A stretch of DNA of 64,000 nucleotides from an uncultured bacterium (GCA_963840885.1 CAWJAN010000006.1:46601-110600); one strand, 5' to 3'. Numbered from the stretch's first letter, positions 43,897-56,641 are shown. Numbers and translations are program-made. Notes: generated from the letters alone by a model not told the origin.

Positions 43897-44328
43897 TTAC
43901 TCATTGAAGCAATCAGAAGCGCCGAAGCCGTCTCGTATCGCTTGTCCGATTTCTGTCCAATCAGTTTCCGGCCCGGCAGTTATGAGCTCGTGCCCGACCA
44001 TTTCCCTCACCGCTTTAACGGGAGAGATCTTGGCGACAAGATTCATCACATGCCGATACTTTATATAATTAAGATGCGCTTTGACCTGACGCATCATGAC
44101 AAGCACATGACCGGGCTTTGAAATATCGTATACTCCGATAGGCCCGATCCACGGATTATCTGTATACAGAAGCTGATGATGATCATGTTCGCCGACTGAA
44201 AACCTCCATGACGGGTCATTTTTGAAAAACCAGTCCTTCTTGCCGGGAAAAAATTGTATTTCCTTGGGCTGTTCTTCGGTAATGATGACATCGTTTTCCG
44301 TACGCACTACGTATGCAAGCTTTGCCAT
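43897..44328 (-). CDS. Hypothetical protein.
   Basis: 143-aa ORF with a downstream hairpin plus T-run terminator on the minus strand at about 43860..43890. Confidence 0.45.
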   Translation of the reverse strand: MAKLAYVVRTENDVIITEEQPKEIQFFPGKKDWFFKNDPSWRFSVGEHDHHQLLYTDNPWIGPIGVYDISKPGHVLVMMRQVKAHLNYIKYRHVMNLVAKISPVKAVREMVGHELITAGPETDWTEIGQAIRDGFGASDCFNE

Positions 44329-44462
44329 TCAATCCTCCTTGATGTGCCTCTGAAAACGATATTAGCCGAGTAGATGAAAAAGTCAAACTCTGAGTTAAAT
44401 AAAAAAGCCCTGCATTCATAAGAATACAGGGCTTAACTTTTTACAACTTCACACGCAATTAA

Positions 44463-44834
44463 TCATGGCGTAGTAGTCGGTGTTTCCGTCGGCGTTTCAG
44501 TCGGAGTCTCCGTTGGTGTTTCCGTAAATGTCTCCGTCGGAGTGACTGTAAACGTATCGGTAACTGTCGGCGTCTCTGTAACCGTATCCGTCGGTGTTTG
44601 CGTCGGCGTATTAGTAACAGTAGAAGTCGGTGTTTGCGTCAGTGTCGGCGTACTTGTCGGCAACGGCGTGTTCGTAATCGTCGGCGTCGGCGTTTTAGTC
44701 GGCGTGTTTGTCGGCGTATTCGTCGGCGGCGGATATGTCGGCTTTTCCGGGCTCGATTTGGACGAGCAGGAAACTTGCGCGAGCATTCCTGAAACGATTA
44801 TCATGCTGGCAAAAAACAGCGGCAAGATTTTCAT
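44463..44834 (-). CDS. Secreted TP-dipeptide-repeat protein, possibly a lipoprotein.
   Basis: A signal peptide ends LAQVSCSS (lipobox-like). It is followed by about 45 'TP' dipeptide repeats (PTNTPTNTPTKTPTPTITNTP...TETPTETPTETPTETPTTTP). Confidence 0.55.
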   Translation of the reverse strand: MKILPLFFASMIIVSGMLAQVSCSSKSSPEKPTYPPPTNTPTNTPTKTPTPTITNTPLPTSTPTLTQTPTSTVTNTPTQTPTDTVTETPTVTDTFTVTPTETFTETPTETPTETPTETPTTTP

Positions 44835-44855
44835 ACGTTCCTCCTTTCAAAGAAT

Positions 44856-45491
44856 TTATGGGCGCATGGAAAGGCCGATAAGAGCCTCTCCTCTCCATGA
44901 GACTGCCGAGTCGCCAATATTCCAATGAACCCTGATATTCGGCGGATTAGCGTCGAACTCAATATTCCATGGTATCCGGTACTCAGCTGAAACGGCGAAT
45001 GTATCGTCAAAAGGAATATCGATGCCTGGACTCCACATAAAGCTCCACCTGCTCTTGCCGTTATCCAGATAATCTCCGGAAATATCGGTATAAGCGAGAG
45101 CGAGGTCTAAGCTAAAAATAATCCCTGACTCTCCAAGCGGCGAGCATAGCCTGAGCATTGCACCCGCTTGATAATTGATCTTCGCCAAAGGAACAGAACC
45201 CTCAGTCGTTTCTATCTCGATAGTGGGCGTGCCGAAATCGGCAAACAATCCCAGACCAAACCTTTTGTCCGGAAAATACAAGATGGAAACATCAGGGCCC
45301 GCGTCCCACTTGGAAGCTATCACCGTGCCTGGCCGTATAATCGGATATTCAATCTCGTTCCAAACGATTCCCTCGACGGAAATCTGGACCGGCTTGTCGG
45401 CATACGATTGCTTCGGTACGAATGAATCAGCACGCGTTTCTGCCGAGAGCAAAGAAACAAAAAGCGTTAAAAGCAAAACGAGCTTTTTCAT
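44856..45491 (-). CDS. Secreted beta-rich protein, hypothetical.
   Basis: Signal peptide MKKLVLLLTLFVSLLSAETRA and a C-terminal aromatic residue pattern. Confidence 0.5.
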   Translation of the reverse strand: MKKLVLLLTLFVSLLSAETRADSFVPKQSYADKPVQISVEGIVWNEIEYPIIRPGTVIASKWDAGPDVSILYFPDKRFGLGLFADFGTPTIEIETTEGSVPLAKINYQAGAMLRLCSPLGESGIIFSLDLALAYTDISGDYLDNGKSRWSFMWSPGIDIPFDDTFAVSAEYRIPWNIEFDANPPNIRVHWNIGDSAVSWRGEALIGLSMRP

Positions 45492-45658
45492 CTTATCCTC
45501 CTATTAGCAAACTTAGAACGTCCTTCTGCTTAAGATGTTAGGCGCAATAAAGCATTATGTCAATCAGAATTTCAGGATGAAATCTTTAAGCATTAAAATA
45601 TGGAAATATATTTTGAATATGCTATTGTGCCTATAGAAACAGCTGATTCCGATTTTAC

Positions 45659-45853
45659 TTGGAGGAATACATGGGATTGCCAAAATCATTAGCTTCTCTT
45701 ATAAAAAATAAGGTCATTCATCTTGCCGTCACCGTCTATTCAAGTACAGGCTACAATGAATGCCGTATCAATAAGGGTTTTTGGACAACAGATATAAAAC
45801 TTGTGACATGCAAGAAATGCCTTGCTCGATGCAAAAGAAAACCCCGGCAATAG
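45659..45853 (+). CDS. Small Cys-containing protein, hypothetical.
   Basis: 64-aa ORF followed by the terminator aaaaccccggcaatagtcggggtttt. Confidence 0.35.
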   Translation: MEEYMGLPKSLASLIKNKVIHLAVTVYSSTGYNECRINKGFWTTDIKLVTCKKCLARCKRKPRQ

Positions 45854-45861
45854 TCGGGGTT

Positions 45862-46596
45862 TTATAATTCCAAAATGAGTTTCTCCAGACCTGCAAGAAA
45901 ATCGGCATTCCCCCGGTGCGCTTCGTGATACATGGATACGAGCTTCAAAGAAACTCTTTCGAGCTCGCCATCTTTAAAATTTTTCAGGTATCCCTTCGCT
46001 TTCTGATAAGGAAACGGGCTCATTCCGGCTTCTGCGGCGGATTTTGAAGATTTGGCCAGAAGCAGATTTTTCATTTCCCAAAAAAGCATGCTGTGTATCT
46101 CCTCTGCGGCCATGTCTTCCGCGAGCGCATCCTGGAACATCACCCACAAATTTTTCTTGTCTTTCCTGCCGAAAGCGTCGGCGAATTCGAAAAAGCTTAT
46201 TTTTCCTTCAGCTGCCGTCTTTCTTTCCTTAGATTTTTCCGGTTTTGAAAATTCCTCCGCTTTCTCGGCATATTTTTCTATTTTAGAAAGTGAAGCTTTG
46301 TCCATTTTTCCTTCCGCGAAAATAAAAATATTTTCGGAAGCGCCTATTTCCTTTACATACTTCATTATGATCTCCTTGTTTCCCTTGTTTTCAAAAGTCC
46401 TGTAAAAATAAATTATGAATTTGCTTAAAAAAAGCGCCTGGCCTTTGGAAAGCTCTTCCAGCTTGGCGCTGGAAATTTCTTCATCTCCTATTTTGACGAA
46501 TGCGGCATCCGGTTTTTTCGCCAAAAGAGAATCAGCAGTGGCTCTGGCCTTTTTCCTGGCCGATTCCGCATCGGTTCCGTAATAAAAATAAATCAT
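45862..46596 (-). CDS. holA: DNA polymerase III delta subunit-like protein (short HolA, putative).
   Basis: N-terminal MIYFYYGTDAESARKK (the IYLLYGED-type start), then an AAA-lid-like middle region and C-terminal LAGLEKLILEL. At 244 aa it is shorter than canonical HolA. Confidence 0.45.
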   Translation of the reverse strand: MIYFYYGTDAESARKKARATADSLLAKKPDAAFVKIGDEEISSAKLEELSKGQALFLSKFIIYFYRTFENKGNKEIIMKYVKEIGASENIFIFAEGKMDKASLSKIEKYAEKAEEFSKPEKSKERKTAAEGKISFFEFADAFGRKDKKNLWVMFQDALAEDMAAEEIHSMLFWEMKNLLLAKSSKSAAEAGMSPFPYQKAKGYLKNFKDGELERVSLKLVSMYHEAHRGNADFLAGLEKLILEL

Positions 46597-46710
46597 TTGA
46601 TTTTAAGTATAGATTATGGGAGGAAAAATGAGTAATTGACTTTTTGATTATTTAATGATTTAATTGTAAACGGAGTTCATCTATCAAGATTCTAGGGTGG
46701 AGGTACTGAA

Positions 46711-47262
46711 ATGCTAACTTTCATGGGAATCCTTTTTTCAAGCCTGGTTCTGACGGCCATCTCGGCCTTCATTATTAAAGCTTCGGAAAGAGAAAAGCCG
46801 GCGAAGCTTCAGGCTGAAATGCCTGAAGAAGTAGTGATGCGTCCCGCTGAAAATACAGAGGAACATCTGCGGATGGAGGATATTATTTCTCCGGAAACGC
46901 ATATTCCCCTTTTTATAAAAGTAATAATTGGAGATGGATTCGTGTTCTATGAAGCTTTAGTTGCGCCTTTGGATGAAAATCTAGTAGACGCAATGATGGA
47001 AAACTTCTATAAGGAAACGGATGACATTTTTCCAAATTGGGGAGAAGAGCGGTATCCTGGCGTTTACTGCAAAGGATACGCGGCCATAGTCCTTGCGGAC
47101 AAAAGGCTCGCGCCAAAAGCCGCTATTCTGGATATCATAGGCCGATGTGAAGAGGTCTATGCGGAAAAAGTGGATATGGAGCTCGCCGAAAGGCAGATAG
47201 TTGAGGTAAACGGCTCGTATCTCGCCGTTATGAGATTCAGGCATATTTGCCCATGGCCGTGA
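46711..47262 (+). CDS. Hypothetical protein with an N-terminal TM anchor.
   Basis: ORF only. Confidence 0.45.
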   Translation: MLTFMGILFSSLVLTAISAFIIKASEREKPAKLQAEMPEEVVMRPAENTEEHLRMEDIISPETHIPLFIKVIIGDGFVFYEALVAPLDENLVDAMMENFYKETDDIFPNWGEERYPGVYCKGYAAIVLADKRLAPKAAILDIIGRCEEVYAEKVDMELAERQIVEVNGSYLAVMRFRHICPWP

Positions 47263-47313
47263 AGTTTGCGGCCAACAAAAATGCAAACGCGCATCCTAAA
47301 AAAGTGCGCGTTT

Positions 47314-48012
47314 TTATTTGAGCAAAAATAGTGCCGCTGCCGCTATGGCTGCCGTTTCGGCGCGCAGCACCTGCAGGCCGAGAGAAAATGATTTTATATT
47401 CTTATGCTCGAAAAAATCTCGCTCGTTTTCCGTCCATCCTCCCTCAGGGCCGATTAGAATTCCGATTTTACTTCCCTTCTTAAGTTTCAGTGATTTTATT
47501 TCTTTTCCATCAAAATCAAGCGCAAAAATCTGCCCGCCAAAGTTCTCAGCTGCCGATTCTAAACTTGCCGGCCCGTATATTTCCGGAATGAATGCTCTTC
47601 CGGATTGTTCAGCAGCCTCAATGGAGATTTTTTTAATCCTTTCAATATTTAAATCTTTCTTCTCGCTTCTTTCGGCAAGAATAGGATGAAACGCCGAAGC
47701 TCCTATCTCAGTGCATTTCTCCACAACTGTTTCGAAATTGTCTTTTTTAAGTATTGATTGGAATATGTGAAGCTCGTATGCCGGCTTATTTTTTATTTTT
47801 CTTTCTTTATCGATCACGAGAATAGCTTCGCCTCTGTTCAAGACCTTGAAATATCCTTCGAAATCCGAACCATTGCCGTTGAAAAGTACAACCCTGTCGC
47901 TTCCAGCGAGCCTAAAAACTTTTACCCATTGATAAATGAGTCCCTCATTTTCTATTCTGGCTTCCGTTCCTTTTTTCAGTTCCTGTTCAATATAAAATCT
48001 GTGCAAGCGCAT
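47314..48012 (-). CDS. rsmE: 16S rRNA (uracil1498-N3)-methyltransferase RsmE.
   Basis: MRLHRFYIEQ N-terminus (PUA-like) and GILIGPEGGWTENE SPOUT motif. Confidence 0.85.
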   Translation of the reverse strand: MRLHRFYIEQELKKGTEARIENEGLIYQWVKVFRLAGSDRVVLFNGNGSDFEGYFKVLNRGEAILVIDKERKIKNKPAYELHIFQSILKKDNFETVVEKCTEIGASAFHPILAERSEKKDLNIERIKKISIEAAEQSGRAFIPEIYGPASLESAAENFGGQIFALDFDGKEIKSLKLKKGSKIGILIGPEGGWTENERDFFEHKNIKSFSLGLQVLRAETAAIAAAALFLLK

Positions 48013-48056
48013 TGCGTTAGTATAAAGTAAACGGTTTTCTTGTCAAAAGGTTTGCA

Positions 48057-48647
48057 TTGTTATATATTTCGAGTATGAACTTGATACCTACGGTAATAGA
48101 AAAATCGCAATTTGGGGAAAGGGCCTATGATATTTATTCCAGGCTTCTTCGTGAAAACATAATATTTCTGGGCGGGCCTATAGACGATGAGACCGCAAAC
48201 ATTGTCATTGCCCAGCTTCTTTTCCTGCAATCTGAAGATTCGAAAAAAGATATAAAGCTATATATAAATTCTCCAGGCGGCTCGGTAACGGCAACTTTAG
48301 CTATTGTCGATACGATGAATCATATCAAAAACGACGTTTCCACTCTTTGTGTTGGAATTGCCGCATCCGGCGCAGCTATAATCCTTTCCGCCGGCAAAAA
48401 AGGCAAGAGACACATACTTGAGAATGCCGAAGTCATGATTCATCAGCCTATAGGAGGAGCCGAGGGGCAAGCGACCGACATAGCCATTTCTGCAAAGCAT
48501 ATTTTAAAAACCAGGGAAAATCTAAATAAGATGCTGTCAAAAAATACCGGCCAGCCTCTAGCTAAAATCGAGAAGGACGTGGAGCGCGATTTCTTCATGA
48601 CAGCCGAAGAAGCCAAGAAATACGGCATTGTTGATGCGATAATATAA
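48057..48647 (+). CDS. clpP: ATP-dependent Clp protease proteolytic subunit.
   Basis: [31 protein letters not shown] (active Ser) and MIHQP (His) motifs, followed by a terminator at 48662..48700. Confidence 0.9.
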   Translation: MLYISSMNLIPTVIEKSQFGERAYDIYSRLLRENIIFLGGPIDDETANIVIAQLLFLQSEDSKKDIKLYINSPGGSVTATLAIVDTMNHIKNDVSTLCVGIAASGAAIILSAGKKGKRHILENAEVMIHQPIGGAEGQATDIAISAKHILKTRENLNKMLSKNTGQPLAKIEKDVERDFFMTAEEAKKYGIVDAII

Positions 48648-48909
48648 GCTATTATCCATAAAAAGCCCGGTTTTACTTCGCAAAACCGGGCTTTTTTATT
48701 GTTTTTCTCTTCTAGACATTTGGCCCGAATGGGGTTAATATCTAATTGTTAGCAATTTAATTTTGAAAGATTCCGTTTTTTAGTAAAAATCCAAAGCAAA
48801 GTATGTTTTTTAGAAAAAATACAAATTACCTAAGAAAAACCAGTTCTACTGCGGGAAAAACACATAAGCTCGATAAAAAAGTCTAGAAGGCGAAATCTTT
48901 TCGCATAAA

Positions 48910-50439
48910 ATGTCGTTAAAAATAATAGCACTGATTGCAGCTGCCGTTGGCATCTTGGGCATTGCAATCGGATATTATCTTCGTCTGATAATTTCCCTCG
49001 GAAAAAAAGGTTCGATGGAACTTGAAATCAGGAGAATGATGATTGAGGCCGAAGAAAAGGCCAAGAAGACGGTTATTGAAGCGGAAACCAAATCCGTAGA
49101 AATAATCAAAGAAGCCAAAGAGGAAGCCAGGCAAAAAGAAGAAAAATTAAAATTCACTGAAGACCGGCTTATCAAAAAAGAAGGCTTGCTTGACCAAAGA
49201 CAAGTCGATATCGACGATGAAGTTGAAAATATCAAGCAAAAAATCTCCGAGATAAAGGAAATCAGGGAAAAAACCGAGAAAATAGAAGCCGACAAGAACG
49301 TCGAGTTGATGAATATTGCCAAAATGAGCGAAGAGGAAGCAAAGAATTCACTTCTTTCTTCCATAGAAAAGAAATATGGGGAAGACCTTATGGGCAGGAT
49401 GAAAAAACTCGAGGAAAGCGGGGAGGAAAAGCTTAAAAACGTAGCAAGGGAAATACTTATCACTTCAATTCAGAGAATGTCCGCCTCTGTTGCTCCGGAC
49501 GTAATGACAACCATACTTTCTTTGCCTTCGGATGATCTTAAAGGAAAGATCATCGGTAAGGAAGGAAAAAACATCAAAGCATTCGAAAGAGCGACGGGTG
49601 TGGAGGTCATCGTAGATGATACCCCGGGAATAATAACCATATCTTCATTCGATCCGATCAGAAGGCAGATTGCCAGGGTCGCTCTTGAAAATCTTCTTAT
49701 AGACGGAAGAATCCAGCCTGCAAAGATAGAAAAGACCGTGGAAAAAGCCCAGCAGGAAATAAACAAGATTATCAAAGAAAAAGGAGAGCAGGCCGCTTAT
49801 GAATGCGGAGTGTTCAATATGGATCCTAGAGTAATAGCGATTCTTGGAAGGCTTCATTTCAGGACAAGTTACGGACAGAATGTTTTGCAGCATTCCATAG
49901 AAATGGCCCATATTTCAAGAATGATTGCCGAGGAAACCGGGGCAAACGTTCCAGTAGCGGTTGCCGGTTCTTTGGTTCACGACATAGGAAAAGCCCTTAC
50001 GCATGAAGTCGCCGGAACTCACGTGGAAATCGGAAGAAGAATACTTCAGAAATTCGGCGTATCAGAAGACATCATCAAAGCCATGCAATCGCATCATGAG
50101 GAATATCCTTATGAAACTCTTGAATCCATCATTGTAAAAGTTGCCGACAATATCTCCGGTGGAAGGCCGGGGGCAAGATCCGACAGCGTTGAAAATTACA
50201 TAAAGAGGCTTGGAGACTTGGAGGCTTTGGCAAACTCCTTTGCCGGAGTCGAAAAATCCTATGCACTTGAAGCTGGAAGAGAAATAAGGGTATTCGTATC
50301 GCCTGAAAAAATATCCGACATAGAATCCCTTAAACTCGCCCGGGATATAGCGGAAAAAGTTGAATCGGAGCTTAAATATCCAGGTGAAATAAGAATCATG
50401 GTCATAAGAGAGAGCAGAATCATAGAATATGCAAGATAA
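48910..50439 (+). CDS. rny: Ribonuclease Y.
   Basis: N-terminal TM helix, a long coiled coil, a KH domain (GKEGKNIKAFERATGVEVIVDDTPG) and an HD domain (H..HSIEMAHISRMIAEE...VHDIGKA). A terminator follows at 50453..50483. Confidence 0.9.
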   Translation: MSLKIIALIAAAVGILGIAIGYYLRLIISLGKKGSMELEIRRMMIEAEEKAKKTVIEAETKSVEIIKEAKEEARQKEEKLKFTEDRLIKKEGLLDQRQVDIDDEVENIKQKISEIKEIREKTEKIEADKNVELMNIAKMSEEEAKNSLLSSIEKKYGEDLMGRMKKLEESGEEKLKNVAREILITSIQRMSASVAPDVMTTILSLPSDDLKGKIIGKEGKNIKAFERATGVEVIVDDTPGIITISSFDPIRRQIARVALENLLIDGRIQPAKIEKTVEKAQQEINKIIKEKGEQAAYECGVFNMDPRVIAILGRLHFRTSYGQNVLQHSIEMAHISRMIAEETGANVPVAVAGSLVHDIGKALTHEVAGTHVEIGRRILQKFGVSEDIIKAMQSHHEEYPYETLESIIVKVADNISGGRPGARSDSVENYIKRLGDLEALANSFAGVEKSYALEAGREIRVFVSPEKISDIESLKLARDIAEKVESELKYPGEIRIMVIRESRIIEYAR

Positions 50440-50532
50440 AAAATAAAATTCGAAAGGCCGATTTGCGAAGCAAATCGGCCTTTCGTTTAATTAAAAACCC
50501 CGTTATTTTTCTATAACGAGGTTTAGTTTTAT

Positions 50533-50853
50533 TCAACCTTTCTTTTTTTTCTGTTTCTCAATGTCTTCAATAGCTTTATCCATATGATACTGGGTCTTCA
50601 AATTATCCACGAGCCCGTAGCCAAGAATCTTTTTGGCTAACTTTTGGACAGCGGGCGCAGCCAAAAATTTCTGCCATCTTTTAGATTTGGACTGAAAGTC
50701 TAAACCGATAGAACGATCAGTGGAATATTTAATATAAATGGCCAGATCCAGAGGATATTTTAACTTTTTTAAAGACTTCTCCCAAAATTGAAGTTGTCTC
50801 TCGTCAACCATAAACTTGACCGGAACTAAAACTACCTTCTTTTGCTTTGCCAT
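50533..50853 (-). CDS. Hypothetical protein.
   Basis: 106-aa ORF. Confidence 0.45.
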   Translation of the reverse strand: MAKQKKVVLVPVKFMVDERQLQFWEKSLKKLKYPLDLAIYIKYSTDRSIGLDFQSKSKRWQKFLAAPAVQKLAKKILGYGLVDNLKTQYHMDKAIEDIEKQKKKKG

Positions 50854-51152
50854 TTAAACCACCAACCTTTCTTTTTACTTTATAAAATATGAAGAACCGC
50901 TTGTTTAGAATAGTCGCATTATCAAATATCAAAGTCAACTTTTTTACTGATAACAAAAATATCCTTATTTTAAGCCATTTTTTAAGGACAAAAATACCCT
51001 TATTCTTCAACATATTTTAACTTCATAGCTTTTAACTATAAACTTGTTCACCTCTATTGTGCTAAAAAACCTTTATATTATAATGATATTAAGGGTTATT
51101 TATAGAAATCTTGGTCGAGTTTAAAAGTTATTTTAACCATAATTGATAAACC

Positions 51153-51425
51153 ATGAACAAACAAGGTATTGTCGAAGCCGTACACAAAGTTCTCGGAGGA
51201 ACAAAAGTGCAGGCTGAACAAGTAGTTGATGCTGTCCTTGAATCAATAGTATCTTCTTTGAAGAAAGGAGACGAGGTTTCAATCGCAGGACTTGGAATCT
51301 TCTCAGTAAAAACAAGAGCTGCAAGACAGGCAAGAAACCCAAGAACCGGAGAAACGGTACAGGTCAAAGCAATGAAAGTTCCAAAATTCAGAGCAGCAAA
51401 AGCTTTGAAGGACGCAGTCAAATAA
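51153..51425 (+). CDS. hup: DNA-binding protein HU.
   Basis: MNKQGIVEAV...GDEVSIAGLGIFSVKTRAARQARNPRTGETVQV is the canonical HU fold sequence. Confidence 0.9.
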   Translation: MNKQGIVEAVHKVLGGTKVQAEQVVDAVLESIVSSLKKGDEVSIAGLGIFSVKTRAARQARNPRTGETVQVKAMKVPKFRAAKALKDAVK

Positions 51426-51485
51426 TTTCTTTAGCTAAGGAAAATCAAAAAACCGCCAGTGGCGGTTTTTTGATTTTAAGCACTT

Positions 51486-51543
51486 CCCTGCCCGCACATT
51501 TTAAAAACCCCTAAAAAGGGGTTTTTAAAATGTGCGGGCAGGG
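51486..51543. terminator. Long perfect palindrome (ccctgcccgcacattttaaaaacccc / ggggtttttaaaatgtgcgggcaggg). It overlaps the 3' acceptor strand of tRNA-Gly(GCC) and lies downstream of hup, so it is likely a bidirectional terminator.
   Basis: Read directly from the sequence. It shares the CACATTTTAAAAA core with the element at 19960..20004. Confidence 0.5.
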
Positions 51544-51603
51544 AGAATCGGACTCCCATCTAATCCTTGGCAAGGACTCATTCTACCACTAAACTATGCC
51601 CGC
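51533..51603 (-). tRNA. tRNA-Gly (anticodon GCC).
   Basis: The reverse complement is GCGGGCA TA GTTTAGTGGTAGAAT G AGTCC TTGCCAA GGATT AGAT GGGAGTCCGATTCTCCC TGCCCGC A. Confidence 0.85.
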
Positions 51604-51622
51604 ATTTGTAAAAAATATCCTA

Positions 51623-51931
51623 TCAGATATTCTGTTTTTTTGCTATATCCAAAGCCGCAGAAAAATTATCTTCATTGCCGAAAGTGTTTCTTTTTTCGCT
51701 TCCGCATTTCTCGCATTTATGCACAAGGATAAATTTTCCCTTTTCAAAGACAAGTTTGTCCGGGCACATCATTCCGCCGCATTTTTCCTCCCTGTCACCG
51801 GGATTTATATCAACATGCTTCGACCAAAGGCATTTCGGGCAATGATTGGTATAGCCGTTACCTTTGACTTCCTCGCCGCATTTTTCACAAATGAAATCTT
51901 CTGTTCTTTTTTGGAATTTTTTCGTTTTCAT
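51623..51931 (-). CDS. RNHCP-domain zinc-ribbon protein.
   Basis: FICEKCGEEV...GYTNHCPKCLWSKHVD matches the RNHCP motif, and a second CxxC pair (HKCEKCGSEK) follows. Confidence 0.55.
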   Translation of the reverse strand: MKTKKFQKRTEDFICEKCGEEVKGNGYTNHCPKCLWSKHVDINPGDREEKCGGMMCPDKLVFEKGKFILVHKCEKCGSEKRNTFGNEDNFSAALDIAKKQNI

Positions 51932-52612
51932 TTAAATTATCTTGATGATTTTGGCCATATCTTCCGACCTGTGTATATTTATTTCGTCTCCGTCACTGAG
52001 CCTTATATCTTCATCACTATTGTCGGAATAGGCAAAAGCTATTCCTCGTATTATTTTTACAAGTATTTTAGAATCTTCCTTTATAACCATGTGGTCAGAC
52101 TGTTCCGTGCTGTTATTGAAGGCTACTCCCATGCCGACTTCGAAGAAGCTGTCTGTTATAGACCTGTAATATCCAGTGGAGCCATAAGGCGTGGAAACGA
52201 CGACCCCATCGCCTATTATTTCCTTTCCTATCTGCTTGCCGTTTAGATAAATCTCATATCTTATGGCTCTTCTAGGATCTGAATTATGCACTATTATTTC
52301 ATTCATGCCCTCTATTTTCTTTCCGTTTGAAAACGCTTCTATCTTTATTTCTTCATTAACGCTGTATCTGCCTCTTGATATGTTCTTCAATATTTCTTCC
52401 GGGCTCATATCATGGCCCTTCTTTGATGTAACGCTTTTGTGAAGTATGAATTTAGGAATTCCCGGAAAATCTTTCTCGGCCCTCATAAAAGTTCCGTCGC
52501 CTCCGCACGATGCGATCATTTCCGGATCGTCCTTGACTATTTCAAAGCCTTCCTTTTTGGCAAGTTCTTCCATTTCCTCCCTGTCTTTATTTCCATAAAT
52601 TAAAAGCCTCAT
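51932..52612 (-). CDS. nadK: NAD kinase (short form).
   Basis: SCGGDGTFMRA (GGDGT) and VSTPYGSTGY (NAD kinase C-terminal motif). Confidence 0.85.
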   Translation of the reverse strand: MRLLIYGNKDREEMEELAKKEGFEIVKDDPEMIASCGGDGTFMRAEKDFPGIPKFILHKSVTSKKGHDMSPEEILKNISRGRYSVNEEIKIEAFSNGKKIEGMNEIIVHNSDPRRAIRYEIYLNGKQIGKEIIGDGVVVSTPYGSTGYYRSITDSFFEVGMGVAFNNSTEQSDHMVIKEDSKILVKIIRGIAFAYSDNSDEDIRLSDGDEINIHRSEDMAKIIKII

Positions 52613-52628
52613 CTTATTTCAAAATATA

Positions 52629-55167
<2,539 letters not shown>

Positions 55168-55168
55168 T

Positions 55169-56641
55169 TCAGCTGTTTATTACGAATTCCCCTTTAAAAT
55201 CTTCTACCATTTTCTTTACTTCCCCCTTTACCTCGTCGGTAAAACCGTCTTTTCTTATTTTTTCAATCATGCCGTCATACCTGTGGTTTACGAGTTCCAG
55301 AAGAAATTTTTCGAACGACACCCATTTGTCTTTGTCTATGTCGTCAAAAAGCCCTTGGCTTACCGAATAAAATAATATGGATTGCTCCGGCCATTCCACA
55401 TTCGTATGCTTGTCCTGCTTGAGAAGTTCAACCGTCAGGTCTCCGCGGTTTAATTTATTTTTGGTTTCTTCGCTCATAGTTGTTTCGAGCTGCAGAAGTT
55501 TCTGCAGCTCTTTATGCTGAGAAAGGGTTAGCCTGAGGCTGCCTACTACCTGCTCCAGGGCTTTTGGCTGAGCTTGAGATCCTACGCGCGAGACTGAAAG
55601 TCCTACATTTATCGCAGGCAAAAATCCTTTTTGGAAAAGACCGTTTTCCAGGTAAATCTGCCCGTCCGTTATTGAAATGAGATTTGTAGGTATGAAAGAA
55701 GCTATATCTCCTTCCTGGGTTTCCGCTATCGGAAGCGCAGTGAGCGATCCCCCGCCTTTTTCCTTGGAAATCTTTGCTGCTCTTTCCAAAAGCTTGGCAT
55801 GCAGGAAAAATATATCCCCCGGATAAGCTTCACGGCCGGGAGCCCGCTCAAGCAAAAGAGAAATATCCCTGTAGGCCTTTGCATGTTTGGTAAGATCGTC
55901 ATAAATTACAAGGGCATCTTTTCCTTCGTCCCTGAAATATTCTCCCACCGCACACCCTACAAACGGAGCAAGATATTGTTCGGCAAAAGATGAACCGGCC
56001 GGAGCGGCAACTATGGTCGTATATAAAAATGCATTTTCTTTTTCGAAAATCGCTATGAGTTCTTCGAGTGTCTGCTGTTTTTGTCCGCAGATAACATATA
56101 TGCAATTCACCGGCTTATCGGCATTTTTCTGGTTCAAAACCGTATCTATGGTAATGGTGCTTTTTCCTAGCTTTCTGTCGCCTATCACGAGTTCGCGCTG
56201 GCCTCTTCCAAGAGGAAGGTTTGAATCGATAATTTTTATACCGGTTGAAAGCGGTTCAACAACCGGCTCTCTTGCTATTATTGGCGGCGCTTCACGGAAC
56301 ACATTCATGATTTTGCCTTGGGTTCTTCCTAGTCCGTCCCAGGCTTCCCCTACTCCGTTTAAAACCCTGCCCACAAGATTATCTGAAACATTTATCGAAA
56401 ATGATTTTAATGTCCTGTATACAGGCTTGGATAAATCGAATTTTTCATCAAAAAATAAGGCTTCGATAAATTTTTCGTCAAAACCTATGACTATTGCCGA
56501 CTGAACTCCTTTTTCGTCCGCAAGAACTTCATTAAGGAACACACTGGTAAGGCCTTGGATCTTTGCAACCCCGGAAAAAAAAGAAACTATGGTGCCTGAT
56601 TCTGAATTATTTTTATTTTTTGTTGTTTTCGCCATTTTCAA
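55169..56641 (-). CDS. atpA: ATP synthase F1 alpha subunit.
   Basis: GDRKLGKSTITIDTVLNQK Walker A motif and a full-length alpha N-terminal beta-barrel. Confidence 0.95.
   Translation of the reverse strand: MKMAKTTKNKNNSESGTIVSFFSGVAKIQGLTSVFLNEVLADEKGVQSAIVIGFDEKFIEALFFDEKFDLSKPVYRTLKSFSINVSDNLVGRVLNGVGEAWDGLGRTQGKIMNVFREAPPIIAREPVVEPLSTGIKIIDSNLPLGRGQRELVIGDRKLGKSTITIDTVLNQKNADKPVNCIYVICGQKQQTLEELIAIFEKENAFLYTTIVAAPAGSSFAEQYLAPFVGCAVGEYFRDEGKDALVIYDDLTKHAKAYRDISLLLERAPGREAYPGDIFFLHAKLLERAAKISKEKGGGSLTALPIAETQEGDIASFIPTNLISITDGQIYLENGLFQKGFLPAINVGLSVSRVGSQAQPKALEQVVGSLRLTLSQHKELQKLLQLETTMSEETKNKLNRGDLTVELLKQDKHTNVEWPEQSILFYSVSQGLFDDIDKDKWVSFEKFLLELVNHRYDGMIEKIRKDGFTDEVKGEVKKMVEDFKGEFVINS

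Noticed and set aside
48975-49463. 162-aa minus-strand ORF
   Set aside because: It is antisense to rny. Its S/F/L-rich composition is produced by reading the AAG/GAA-rich coiled-coil region backwards.
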